Source of the DNA: Abditibacterium sp.
GTDB lineage: Bacteria > Armatimonadota > Abditibacteriia > Abditibacteriales > Abditibacteriaceae
Length of the DNA: 64,000 nucleotides
Reading direction: 5' to 3'
Assembly: GCA_965199495.1 (NCBI GenBank)
Contig: CBDASK010000003.1
Coordinates: 3,936,001 to 4,000,000 of the forward strand
The translations under genes and the position numbers were made by a program. This document shows, piece after piece, positions 1-8,585 of this stretch (its first letter is position 1; every line of letters starts with the position of its first letter). The notes under the pieces were generated by a model, which saw nothing but the letters and a program-made list of their open reading frames with translations, had not been told where the DNA came from and made no database searches.

Positions 1-1205
1 TGAGCGAGAGCCGCGAGGCCGAAGACCGTTTGCGCGCGGCCAACGAAGAATTAGAAAGCCGCGTCGCGCAGCGCACGGCGGAACTCGAAGAAATCAACGA
101 CGCGCTCAACGCCGAAAACCTGGAGCGCCGGCAGGCCGAAGACGGACGTTTGGTTTTAGTGCGCCAGTTGGAAGGCGAATTAGATCGCCTGCAGCAGTTG
201 TTGCAGGGCATTCCGGCGGGCGTGATTATCGCGCACTCCGACCGGCGCCCGCTTTTCGTCAACACGCGCGCGCGCCTGACTTTAGGCATGGCCGATGGCG
301 TCGAATCCGACGAGGCCGTGCGGACGTGGCTGTATGAAGACGGCGGCCCGCTGGAGCGCGCGCTGGAAGGCGAAAACGTGACCAACGAAGAGCGCGAGTT
401 CGCGCGCGACGACGAAAATCCGCTTTCGCTGAGCGTGAGCGCCGAGCCGATTCCCGACGCTTTGACGCCCGGCGAATCGCCGATTGCGGCGGCGATTGTG
501 GCGTTTCAGGACACCACCGAGCGCAAGCGCGCCGAAGTCGCGCGCCAGCAACTGTTGCAGCGTTTGGTCGGCGCGCAGGAAGAAGAGCGCACGCGCATTT
601 CGCGCGAACTGCACGACCAAATGGGCCAATCGCTGACCGCGCTTTTGATGGCGATTAACTCGATTATCGAGGGCAGTCCCAACGCATCTAACGTCGAAGA
701 ACGGTTGGACAAACTGAAAGTTTCGGTCGAAGAATTAATGGATCAGGCGCATCTGTTGGCGTGGGAACTGCGTCCGCCCTCACTCGATAATCTGGGACTG
801 CGCGCGGCGTTAGAGCAGTATTTGAACGAGTGGAGCCGCTCGACTGGCGTGCGCGCCGACTTCGCCAGTCGCGGTTTGAACAATCTGGAACGTTTGGATA
901 AAGTCGTCGAAACCACGCTTTATCGCGTGGTGCAGGAGGCGCTCAACAACGTCAATCGCCACGCCGATGCCGAAATGGTGAGCGTTTTGTTGGAGCGCAT
1001 GGACGGCAACGTGACCGCGATTGTCGAAGACAACGGGCGCGGCTTCGATGTCGAAGCGATAATTTCGGGCAACTCGGAGCGTTTGGGTTTGGTCGGAATG
1101 CGCGAGCGCATCGAACTTGTCGGCGGCAGTTTGGCCATCGAATCGAGCGAAGGGCAGGGCACGACGGTTTATGCGCGCGTCGCGACGGGCAAGCGCGTGG
1201 AGTAG
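1..1205 (+). CDS. PAS-domain sensor histidine kinase (HisKA_3/NarX-UhpB type), 5'-truncated by window edge
   Basis: EEERTRISRELHDQMGQSL H-box, QEALNNVNRHA N-box, EDNGRGF G1, GLVGMRER and GQGTTV motifs; frame is open to the left edge. Confidence 0.9.
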   Translation, partial: SESREAEDRLRAANEELESRVAQRTAELEEINDALNAENLERRQAEDGRLVLVRQLEGELDRLQQLLQGIPAGVIIAHSDRRPLFVNTRARLTLGMADGVESDEAVRTWLYEDGGPLERALEGENVTNEEREFARDDENPLSLSVSAEPIPDALTPGESPIAAAIVAFQDTTERKRAEVARQQLLQRLVGAQEEERTRISRELHDQMGQSLTALLMAINSIIEGSPNASNVEERLDKLKVSVEELMDQAHLLAWELRPPSLDNLGLRAALEQYLNEWSRSTGVRADFASRGLNNLERLDKVVETTLYRVVQEALNNVNRHADAEMVSVLLERMDGNVTAIVEDNGRGFDVEAIISGNSERLGLVGMRERIELVGGSLAIESSEGQGTTVYARVATGKRVE

Positions 1206-1209
1206 AAGT

Positions 1210-1430
1210 TTGGTTTTAAGGTGAGCGAATGTTATCTCTCGACCGGCCCCCTCCCCAGCCCTCCCCCGTGCCGGGAGAGGGGGCACTTCTGAGCAGGTTT
1301 ACTTTCGTTCAACTCACTTAAAAGAAAGTTGACAAAAACATTACTTTCCTGAGAGTGCCCCTCTCCCGGCACGGGGGAGGGCTGGGGAGGGGGCCGGTCG
1401 AGAGATAACATTCGCTCACCTTAAAACCAA
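1210..1430. repeat. Long inverted-repeat intergenic element (CCCCTCCCC type, ~78-bp arms, AT-rich spacer)
   Basis: ttggttttaaggtgagcgaatgttatctctcgaccggccccctccccagccctcccccgtgccgggagagggg is mirrored at ~1354-1430; each arm has an internal hairpin. Confidence 0.95.
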
Positions 1431-1434
1431 CTTT

Positions 1435-2691
1435 ATGTCCACAGACGACGCTTTATTAGAAGCCACTTCGCGTCAGGCTTTTACCTATTTCGAGCAATAC
1501 GCCAACCCGGAAAACGGCTTGATCGCCGATTCGTCGCGCGCTCATTCACCCGCGTCCATCGCCGCGACGGGCATGGCATTGTCGCTTTATCCAATCGCGG
1601 CCCAGCGCGGTTGGTGGCGACGCAGCCACGCCGCCGATGTGACGCTCAAGACGCTGCGGTTTTTCGCCAATTCCGCGTGTAACGAGAAGCCTGATGCGAC
1701 GGGAAATCGCGGGTTTTATTATCATTTTCTCGATATGCGTAGCGGGAAGCGCGCGGGAAAATGCGAATTGAGTTCGATTGACAGCGCGCTTTTACTCGCC
1801 GGATTTTTGACAGCGCGCGCTTATTTCGATTTGGATACGCCCGATGAACGCGAAATTCGCGAGCGTGCCACCGAATTATTTGCGCGCGCCGATTGGCCGT
1901 GGCTGCTTGATGCGGCGGGCGCGGTTGCACTGGGTTGGCGGCCCAAGCGCGGGTTTTTGCCTCACCAGTGGCGCGGCTACAACGAAGGTTTGTTGATTTC
2001 GATTTTGGGATTGGGTTCGCCGTCGCATCCGTTGCCCGACGAAAATTACGCGCAGTGGTGTTCGACTTACAAATGGAAGACGATTTACGGACACGAATTT
2101 TTGTATGCCGGGCCGTTGTTCATTCATCAATTTCCGCAAATGTGGCTCGATTTGCGCGGCGTGCAAGACGATTTCATGCGCGAAAAGGGCAGTGATTATT
2201 TCGAGAATAGTCGGCGTGCGACGTTTGTTCAGCGCGAATATGCGCGGCGTAATCCGCGCGGTTGGGATGGTTACAGCGCAGAGAACTGGGGCATTTCGGC
2301 GTCCGATGGGCCGGGGCCAGCGTTGCGCCAGCACAACGGAAAATCGCGCCGATTCGCTGGTTATGCCGCGCGCGGTGTGCCGTGGGGCAAAGACGACGGC
2401 ACGCTTTCGCCGTGGGCGGCGATTGCCAGTTTGCCGTTCGCTCCCGACATCGTGCTGCCGTTGATGCACCAAACGTCAGCGCGCCATCTCGATTTCGAGG
2501 CGACGCATAATCCGTCGTTCGACGATTGGATTTGTCCGATTCGATTGGGCATCAATCAGGCGCCGATGGTGGCGATGATCGAAAATTATCGCAGCGGTTT
2601 GTTATGGGATTTGCTGCGCGATTGCGACGTGATACAACGCGGTTTGGCGCGCGCGGGCTTTAGGAAAAACAGTTTCGATGGGCGCACTTGA
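1435..2691 (+). CDS. Glucoamylase-like (alpha/alpha)6 glycoside hydrolase (GH144/beta-1,2-glucanase-like)
   Basis: SIAATGMAL, GFYYHFLD, ELSSIDSALL, GYNEG, GPLFIHQF, WGISASDGP, DGTLSP and ENYRSG motifs. Confidence 0.8.
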   Translation: MSTDDALLEATSRQAFTYFEQYANPENGLIADSSRAHSPASIAATGMALSLYPIAAQRGWWRRSHAADVTLKTLRFFANSACNEKPDATGNRGFYYHFLDMRSGKRAGKCELSSIDSALLLAGFLTARAYFDLDTPDEREIRERATELFARADWPWLLDAAGAVALGWRPKRGFLPHQWRGYNEGLLISILGLGSPSHPLPDENYAQWCSTYKWKTIYGHEFLYAGPLFIHQFPQMWLDLRGVQDDFMREKGSDYFENSRRATFVQREYARRNPRGWDGYSAENWGISASDGPGPALRQHNGKSRRFAGYAARGVPWGKDDGTLSPWAAIASLPFAPDIVLPLMHQTSARHLDFEATHNPSFDDWICPIRLGINQAPMVAMIENYRSGLLWDLLRDCDVIQRGLARAGFRKNSFDGRT

Positions 2692-2749
2692 TGGCGAATG
2701 CGACTTCGTAGAATTCGCGCGGCGGAGCCTTTGACGCTTAAACTGAATT

Positions 2750-2771
2750 TGCGGGGAATTTATTCCCCGCA
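2750..2771. promoter_or_regulatory. Perfect 10-bp-arm hairpin just upstream of the ribosome-binding site of the Hsp70/tubulin locus
   Basis: tgcggggaat-tt-attccccgca, followed by AAGGAG at 2783-2788. Confidence 0.4.
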
Positions 2772-2798
2772 GTTAAATATTTAAGGAGAATTTCCGCT

Positions 2799-5435
2799 AT
2801 TTCCGAACTGACTTGCCGCGACATCCACGCGCACGCTTGCCCGCAAATTATCAAACCCGAATATGCGTTTTGCCCAATTTGCGGGCGCCCGACGGTTGGC
2901 GTGAGCGCCTCGCCATCGGCGGCGCAGGTCGTTTTGGCGCCCGGCCAGAACACGTTGAGTTTGCCGCTTCGCGTCGTTGGTCAGGCCAAAGTCGTGGTGC
3001 GCGCGCGCGTGGCTGCTGCCGAACCGGTGCGCTTTAAAACGCGCGAAGGCATTGACACAATATTCGATGGCAGCGCGCCCAAACCCGAAAACGCCGGGCC
3101 GCTCACCATCACTTTGCCGATGGTGTGGACAGACACGCAGAGGCCCTCGCTCGAAGTGCCCCGGCAAGTGCCGCTCCATTTGGAAACGCTCGACGGGCCG
3201 CCGCGCGATATTTTTAATGTCGAACCGGCCAACCGCGCGCGCGCTTGGGCGCCGCTGGTTTTGCAGGTCAGCTCGCCGCGCCCGGCGAAGTTGGAAATCG
3301 CGACCGAAATTTTATTGCTGAGCGGGCGCGAGCGAGAGCGCGAATTGGAATTGATCAACTCTGGCGATTCACCGCTGCAACTGCGTCCGCCTGTTGTGCC
3401 GGTTGGTTTTGAAATTAGCGCGCGCGATTCGGGCAACAGCGGCGAATGGACGCTATTGCCGGGCACGCGCAAAGTTTGGAATGTGCGCGCTTTAAGTCCC
3501 GCGCCCGCAGGAGCCACGGCGATGGCATTGCATAATCTGGTGGGCGTCGAGTTGGGAAAAATCACGATGCTCGTGCCCGCGCGTAGCGCCTTGGCGACGC
3601 GCACACGATATGTCATCGGCGTGGATTTCGGCACGTCGGGCACTTCGATTTATCAACGCGATGGCCGCGATGACAATCAGAAAGCGGTCGCATTATTAGA
3701 CGTTAAAGCGCGCGCGGGCGTGGACGATCCCAAACGATTTCCGACGGTGCTTTATGTCTCGTTCAAAAACGGGTTGGAAAGCGGCTTTTATATCGGTTAC
3801 GAAGCCTTGCAAAAACAACAGCAAAAAGAGGGCGATTCGCCCGGTTTGTTTGTGCGCGAAATCAAAAGTTTGCTGCGCACCGACGAAGAACCGTTCGCGT
3901 TGCAGTTCGGCCCCAACTATCGCGTGGATTTGCTGCTGCGGCGGTTTTTGCAAAAATTGCGCGAGCAAATCATCGAGCCGCAACTCGAAGGCGGCAGAGC
4001 GGCGAGCGTGGCGTGGAATTTTTCGCTGCCAGTTTTGGATTCGCACGCGGGCGGTTCACGCCAGTTGTTCGAGCGCCAGAAAAGCCGTTTGGAAAACGCG
4101 ATTCGCGACGCGGGCACCATCAAAACCGGCGACGAATTAGAATTTTTCACCGAGCCGTTTTGCGCGGCGGTTTATCTGTTATTGGGACACGGCAATTATC
4201 GCTATCCGCGCAATCGCGGGCCGCGCGATGGCGATTGGGCGTGCATTTTCGATTCGGGCGGCGGCACGACCGATGTCGTTTTGGGACGATTGCGCTTGGA
4301 AAATGGTCAGATGCGTTTCGAGGAAACGCGCGCGCTGGGCGGCTATCAAAAAGCGGGCGAAGAGAAAGTCACGACGTTTGGCGGCGAATTATTGACGCGC
4401 AAAACCGCGATTTATCTATCGGTCTGGCAACGGCCCGGCGACTCTCAGAATCGCGAAGATCGCTCTTATTCATTGGTCTTACACGAAGTCGCGCGGCTCA
4501 GTCGCCGAGGCGCGTTGGGCAATCGCGACGAGAGAACTGTCGCCGACGATTTGCGCACAGTCGCGGCCCTCGCGCCCGATAACGAAGAGATTTTCATGCA
4601 GCCCAAAGTCGTGCTGGACAAGAAAATCAAAACCAATCCGTGGGTCGAGTTTTACGATTTGTGGGAAGATGTCGAACGGTTCAAACGCCAGTTGGCTTCG
4701 GTCGCGTTGCCGGGCGCGACGGTGAATTTGCCGTTTCCCTCGCGCGAAAGCGATGACAAAACGTTTCCGGTTGCCATCGTGCGCCGCGAGTTCGATGAAG
4801 TCGTGGTTAATCGCCGCTTGGACGCGATGAGCGCGGCAATGCAAACGCAGATTTTTGGCGGCGAAGATGTCGCCGCGCCCGCCGAAGTGCGCTGGGTTTT
4901 TGGCGTGGGCGGCAATTGTCGCGTGCGGCGCGTGCAAGATTGGCTGGGCGAGTTTTTCCCCGACCGCAACAGCGTGCAAGATTTGACCGTGGTGAGCGGC
5001 GGTTTAGCCGACGAATCCGACCGCATGCTCGCCGTGGCTGGTGGCGCGGTGTGGGCGAATAAAGCCTCGCGCGACAATACTCTGCCCTATGCGATTCGCG
5101 TCGAAGGCGCGGGCGAAACGATTTTCGAGGCGCAGGCTTATGTGCCGCTGGGCGACATCGAGCCAATCGAGAAAATTTATCAGATGATTTACGGCCACCA
5201 AATCGAGTTGCGTTGTATCTTGAGCGGCGACATCGGCGGGCCAAATGGATCCGTTCCGTTCGAGGGCGCTGTCGGGCGCTTTACCCTCGCCAACCGCGAA
5301 ATGGACGCCAAAGCGCCCGCGCATGAAACGCCGATGCGCAACATCAGCGTGCGCATCGGTTTAGAAGGGCGCACGCTACGCGCGTGGAGCGATGAAGCGG
5401 GCGAAACGCGGGAAGTTTTCGCGTTTAGTTTTTGA
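2799..5435 (+). CDS. Hsp70/actin-fold ATPase with N-terminal Zn ribbon and Ig-like domains (probable ATT start; ORF track starts at GTG 2901)
   Basis: VIGVDFGTSGT, RFPTVLY, TEPFCAA, IFDSGGGTTDV, FGGELLT, ERFKRQL, VFGVGGNCRV and AVAGGA map in order onto Hsp70 NBD motifs; the frame upstream of 2901 is open and encodes C-x7-C...FCPICG. Confidence 0.85.
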   Translation: MSELTCRDIHAHACPQIIKPEYAFCPICGRPTVGVSASPSAAQVVLAPGQNTLSLPLRVVGQAKVVVRARVAAAEPVRFKTREGIDTIFDGSAPKPENAGPLTITLPMVWTDTQRPSLEVPRQVPLHLETLDGPPRDIFNVEPANRARAWAPLVLQVSSPRPAKLEIATEILLLSGRERERELELINSGDSPLQLRPPVVPVGFEISARDSGNSGEWTLLPGTRKVWNVRALSPAPAGATAMALHNLVGVELGKITMLVPARSALATRTRYVIGVDFGTSGTSIYQRDGRDDNQKAVALLDVKARAGVDDPKRFPTVLYVSFKNGLESGFYIGYEALQKQQQKEGDSPGLFVREIKSLLRTDEEPFALQFGPNYRVDLLLRRFLQKLREQIIEPQLEGGRAASVAWNFSLPVLDSHAGGSRQLFERQKSRLENAIRDAGTIKTGDELEFFTEPFCAAVYLLLGHGNYRYPRNRGPRDGDWACIFDSGGGTTDVVLGRLRLENGQMRFEETRALGGYQKAGEEKVTTFGGELLTRKTAIYLSVWQRPGDSQNREDRSYSLVLHEVARLSRRGALGNRDERTVADDLRTVAALAPDNEEIFMQPKVVLDKKIKTNPWVEFYDLWEDVERFKRQLASVALPGATVNLPFPSRESDDKTFPVAIVRREFDEVVVNRRLDAMSAAMQTQIFGGEDVAAPAEVRWVFGVGGNCRVRRVQDWLGEFFPDRNSVQDLTVVSGGLADESDRMLAVAGGAVWANKASRDNTLPYAIRVEGAGETIFEAQAYVPLGDIEPIEKIYQMIYGHQIELRCILSGDIGGPNGSVPFEGAVGRFTLANREMDAKAPAHETPMRNISVRIGLEGRTLRAWSDEAGETREVFAFSF

Positions 5436-5460
5436 GATTAATAAGGCTGTTTCTACAAAC

Positions 5461-5639
5461 AGAAGTGAAGCAATTGGCCCACATTGTCATTCTGAGCGCA
5501 GTGAGGCACGAACGAAGTCGAAGAATCCATAGGTCGCGCGTTGACTTGGCCTCGATTGTGTCCAGAGTTGTGGATTCTTCGACTTCGTTCGTGCCTCACT
5601 GCGCTCAGAATGACAATGTGGGCCAATTGCTTCACTTCT
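5461..5639. repeat. Long inverted-repeat element (GTCATT type, 69-bp perfect arms, 41-bp spacer)
   Basis: 5461-5529 is the reverse complement of 5571-5639; core tgtcattctgagcgcagtgaggcacgaacgaagtcgaagaatc. Confidence 0.95.
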
Positions 5640-5652
5640 AAAAACCAAAATT

Positions 5653-6663
5653 ATGCTGCCATCCACTCGCAAAGACCTCGAAGAACGCATCGAATCCGTG
5701 CAAAGCGGGCAAACCCAACTCGAAGCAAAATTGGACGCGTTGCCCGCGCGATTGACGGCGGCGATGCAAAACGAAACCGCGCACATCGGCCAATTATTGG
5801 AGGCACAGCAGAAGGGCGTGACTCAACAATTATCCGAAACCAAAGGCGAACTTTTGCAAGCGAATCAATCGGATAAAACCGAAATTTTGCAGGCGCTGGC
5901 CGACGTGGCTCTGCTTCAGCAAAAGCAATTCGCCGCGTTGCAGGCTGAGTTCGCTCAACAATTGGACAACGTAAATTCTCGCATTGAAAACTTCGAGATC
6001 GCGTGGCGCCAAAATATAAGCGCGCCGATTGATGATACGTCGGAGGAAGCGGTGCGCGCGTGGAGCGAGCAAATCGGCGCGCGCCTCAAGGCGTTCGGTG
6101 CAGCCACCGGCATGGCGCGCGCTTTCGCGTTACAATTGTTTCAAGAGTTGAAAGAACTCAAAACGCTCGATGCGCAGTTAAGCGAAAATCAACTGGATTT
6201 CGCCGATAATTTGGACGATTTGCAACGCGTCTTATTCGTCGAACGGGCGTTGCCGTGGACGTGTCTGACGCCGCATAACTCGACCGATGTGCAGCGGCGC
6301 GAACTGCGAATTTTGGAAACCGCCATCGCGCAATTGCGCTCCTATGAACAGGAACGCTTGCTGCAAATAGCGGGCATTCGCCCGCTCGAAATCGTGCCCG
6401 GTGGCACGCCGTTCGATGCGAGCGTTCATGAAAGCAACGAATTTCTCGAAGTTCCCACGCCCGACGAGAGCAAGCATAATTTGATTTTGTCGGTCGAAAA
6501 ACCGGGGTTTCAGCAGGTTTCGGATGCGAGCGCGCCGCAGTTATTGCGCCCGGCGCGCGTGCGGCGCTATGTGTTTCACCGGTCGGATAACACAGCGCCG
6601 GTTGTGGCGGAAATTGATGAAACGATGGACGAGGCGATGCCGCGCGTTTCGGGGCAGTTATGA
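5653..6663 (+). CDS. Coiled-coil protein with C-terminal GrpE-like domain
   Basis: Heptad-rich N-terminus; GIRPLEIVPGGTPFDASVHES...LILSVEKPGF...LLRPARV matches the GrpE head consensus (FDPxxHEA...V.Q.GY...LRPA.V). Confidence 0.8.
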   Translation: MLPSTRKDLEERIESVQSGQTQLEAKLDALPARLTAAMQNETAHIGQLLEAQQKGVTQQLSETKGELLQANQSDKTEILQALADVALLQQKQFAALQAEFAQQLDNVNSRIENFEIAWRQNISAPIDDTSEEAVRAWSEQIGARLKAFGAATGMARAFALQLFQELKELKTLDAQLSENQLDFADNLDDLQRVLFVERALPWTCLTPHNSTDVQRRELRILETAIAQLRSYEQERLLQIAGIRPLEIVPGGTPFDASVHESNEFLEVPTPDESKHNLILSVEKPGFQQVSDASAPQLLRPARVRRYVFHRSDNTAPVVAEIDETMDEAMPRVSGQL

Positions 6664-6689
6664 AATTAATCGCTTTGTATAAATCGCGA

Positions 6690-6777
6690 ACCAATTCAAG
6701 CGGGGCTGGCGCACCCTTCCAATCGGAATTTCTTCGCACCAAGATTGGAAGGGGGCGCCAGCCCCGCTTGAATTGGT
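6690..6777. repeat. Inverted-repeat element (AGCGGGGCT..CACCCTTCCAATC family, copy 1)
   Basis: accaattcaagcggggctggcgcacccttccaatc ... gattggaagggggcgccagccccgcttgaattggt; same core at 36659 and 62838. Confidence 0.9.
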
Positions 6778-6826
6778 CTCGCCTCAAAACTGAGTTGTAT
6801 CAAACCTTTTGTCACATTAAATTTCC

Positions 6827-8395
6827 ATGATATGCAGTCAATGTAAACAGCGCAATTCGCCGCCCAACGCGCGGTTTTGCGTGGATTGTGGCTACGCTTT
6901 GTTGCAGCCGTGCCCTTATGCGTGCGGCCACGCGGTGTTGCCGGTGCGCGCCGATAATCCCGTCGCGCAGTGTCCGAGTTGCGCGCGATTCACGGTTTAT
7001 TGCCCGTCGTGTTTTCGGCTGGGCACGCTCGGCGAGCGCGCTTGCCCGACGCGGCGTTGCGCCATCGCGGGCGTGCAGATGCGCGAGCCGTTTGGGCATC
7101 ATAGTGGGCGCGCGGGTGGGGCGCCACTCGAATTGCGCTCACCGTGGCAAGGTGCGCGGCCCCATCTGCTCAAGCCCGACGTGCAGGTCAAAGCGACCGG
7201 GCAACGTTGCGGCGGCGTGGCTTCGCGCTATGGCCAGTTCGTGTGGTGGAAAGAGGACAAACTGTTTCTGTGGCCCGCGCCGACTCCGGGTAATTATTGG
7301 TCGTCGGAGAAACTGCGCACCGCGAGCGCGATTTATCCCCTATTTCGCGGCGGCATTTTTCCGCATCGTGAGGCGCTCTTGTTGGCGCATGGCAACGCTT
7401 ATTTGTTGGGCGATAAAACCGCGCTGCGCGTTCCGCTCGGCGCAACCGATGAATCCGCCCAAACGCTGGCGATGAGCGCGCGCGCCGAATTTAATTCGAC
7501 AAACGATGAATTGGACTGGGAAAACGTGAGTCGGGCGCCAGCAGCCACGGCGAACGATTGGCAAGCGCATCAAATCGAATGGCTGGCGCAAAATGAGACT
7601 TCGACGCGTTGGTTGGGATTGGGCGAAGTCGGCGGCCAACTCATCGGTGTAAGGGCGCGCGCTTCGGGCGCGTTGTTCGAGGGCGAGCGCTGGCAGTTGC
7701 CCGCCGAAATCACGCTCAACGACTGGCAAGATTTATTGGTGTGGAACGACGCGCCCGTTTTATTGTGCGAGCGCGCGTTGTGGTGCGAAACTGAGCGCGG
7801 CTGGGAAAAAATCTTCGAGTTGCCGAATTCGCCAGCCGAATTCTCATTGCGCGGCGCGATGGTCGCGGGCACGGATTTATGGTTTTGGGGCAGCGAAACC
7901 GGGCGTTTATGGGTCGAACGCCGCAGCGCCGATGGTTTGAGCGCGCGCGCTTCGATGCGTTTTGAGGCCGACGACCGCATTGATTCGATGCCGGTGGCTG
8001 ATGGCACGCGCATCACGTTTTTCGTGGCCGGATCGCGCAACGGCGTGGCGACGCTCGATGTGTTGCGCCCGCTCGACGATTCGCAATTCCAACAAATTCC
8101 CGCCGCCAGCATCGTGTTGTGGACGGGCGCAGCGCGGTTCGAGAAGACAGGCCAAAGTTGGCTCCTTTACGCGGTTGACGATGGCGAATTGATCAAATTG
8201 CAGATGATCGAGCAATCGCCCGCACCTTCACCGCCGCTCGAACTAACGCGATTCGCGCCGTTTCGCGACGCTTACGGTTCGTCCAAAGGCGCGACGTTGG
8301 CCGCGACCATCAGCGGCGATTGTTTGATGGTGGCGCTCTTTGGCACGATTCGCGGCGAGCCCATCGTGCGTTTATTGGGATTTTCGTGGGGATAG
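6827..8395 (+). CDS. Multi zinc-ribbon protein with Trp/beta-rich (possible propeller) C-terminal region
   Basis: CSQC, FCVDCG, CPYAC, CPSC twice and CPTRRC in the first 80 aa; the remainder is beta-strand-like with W-containing repeats. Confidence 0.7.
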   Translation: MICSQCKQRNSPPNARFCVDCGYALLQPCPYACGHAVLPVRADNPVAQCPSCARFTVYCPSCFRLGTLGERACPTRRCAIAGVQMREPFGHHSGRAGGAPLELRSPWQGARPHLLKPDVQVKATGQRCGGVASRYGQFVWWKEDKLFLWPAPTPGNYWSSEKLRTASAIYPLFRGGIFPHREALLLAHGNAYLLGDKTALRVPLGATDESAQTLAMSARAEFNSTNDELDWENVSRAPAATANDWQAHQIEWLAQNETSTRWLGLGEVGGQLIGVRARASGALFEGERWQLPAEITLNDWQDLLVWNDAPVLLCERALWCETERGWEKIFELPNSPAEFSLRGAMVAGTDLWFWGSETGRLWVERRSADGLSARASMRFEADDRIDSMPVADGTRITFFVAGSRNGVATLDVLRPLDDSQFQQIPAASIVLWTGAARFEKTGQSWLLYAVDDGELIKLQMIEQSPAPSPPLELTRFAPFRDAYGSSKGATLAATISGDCLMVALFGTIRGEPIVRLLGFSWG

Positions 8396-8430
8396 TTGCG
8401 CGGATTTTGTGTGGATTATATGCGTAAGTT

Positions 8431-8466
8431 CTATTGGGCGCCTCACTGCGCTCAGAATGACAATAG
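8431..8466. repeat. Deleted remnant of the GTCATT-type element
   Basis: gcctcactgcgctcagaatgacaat (8440-8464) is identical to the right arm at 5593-5617; outer ctattg/caatag symmetry is retained. Confidence 0.75.
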
Positions 8467-8585
8467 GAGCATTTTTCGGGCATGAAATTTCTCTGTGACT
8501 ACCACGACAATCGCGCGGATTTCGTCACCTCCGCCGCTCCGTTACGATAAAATAGAAAGCAGACTGGCTCAGGCCAAATTCACTT

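Noticed and set aside
5432..5641. Short ORFs on both strands (also 16105-16989, 33154-33417, 54817-55041, 56708-57062, 62688-63049)
   Set aside because: They are translations of the palindromic elements or antisense shadows of real genes
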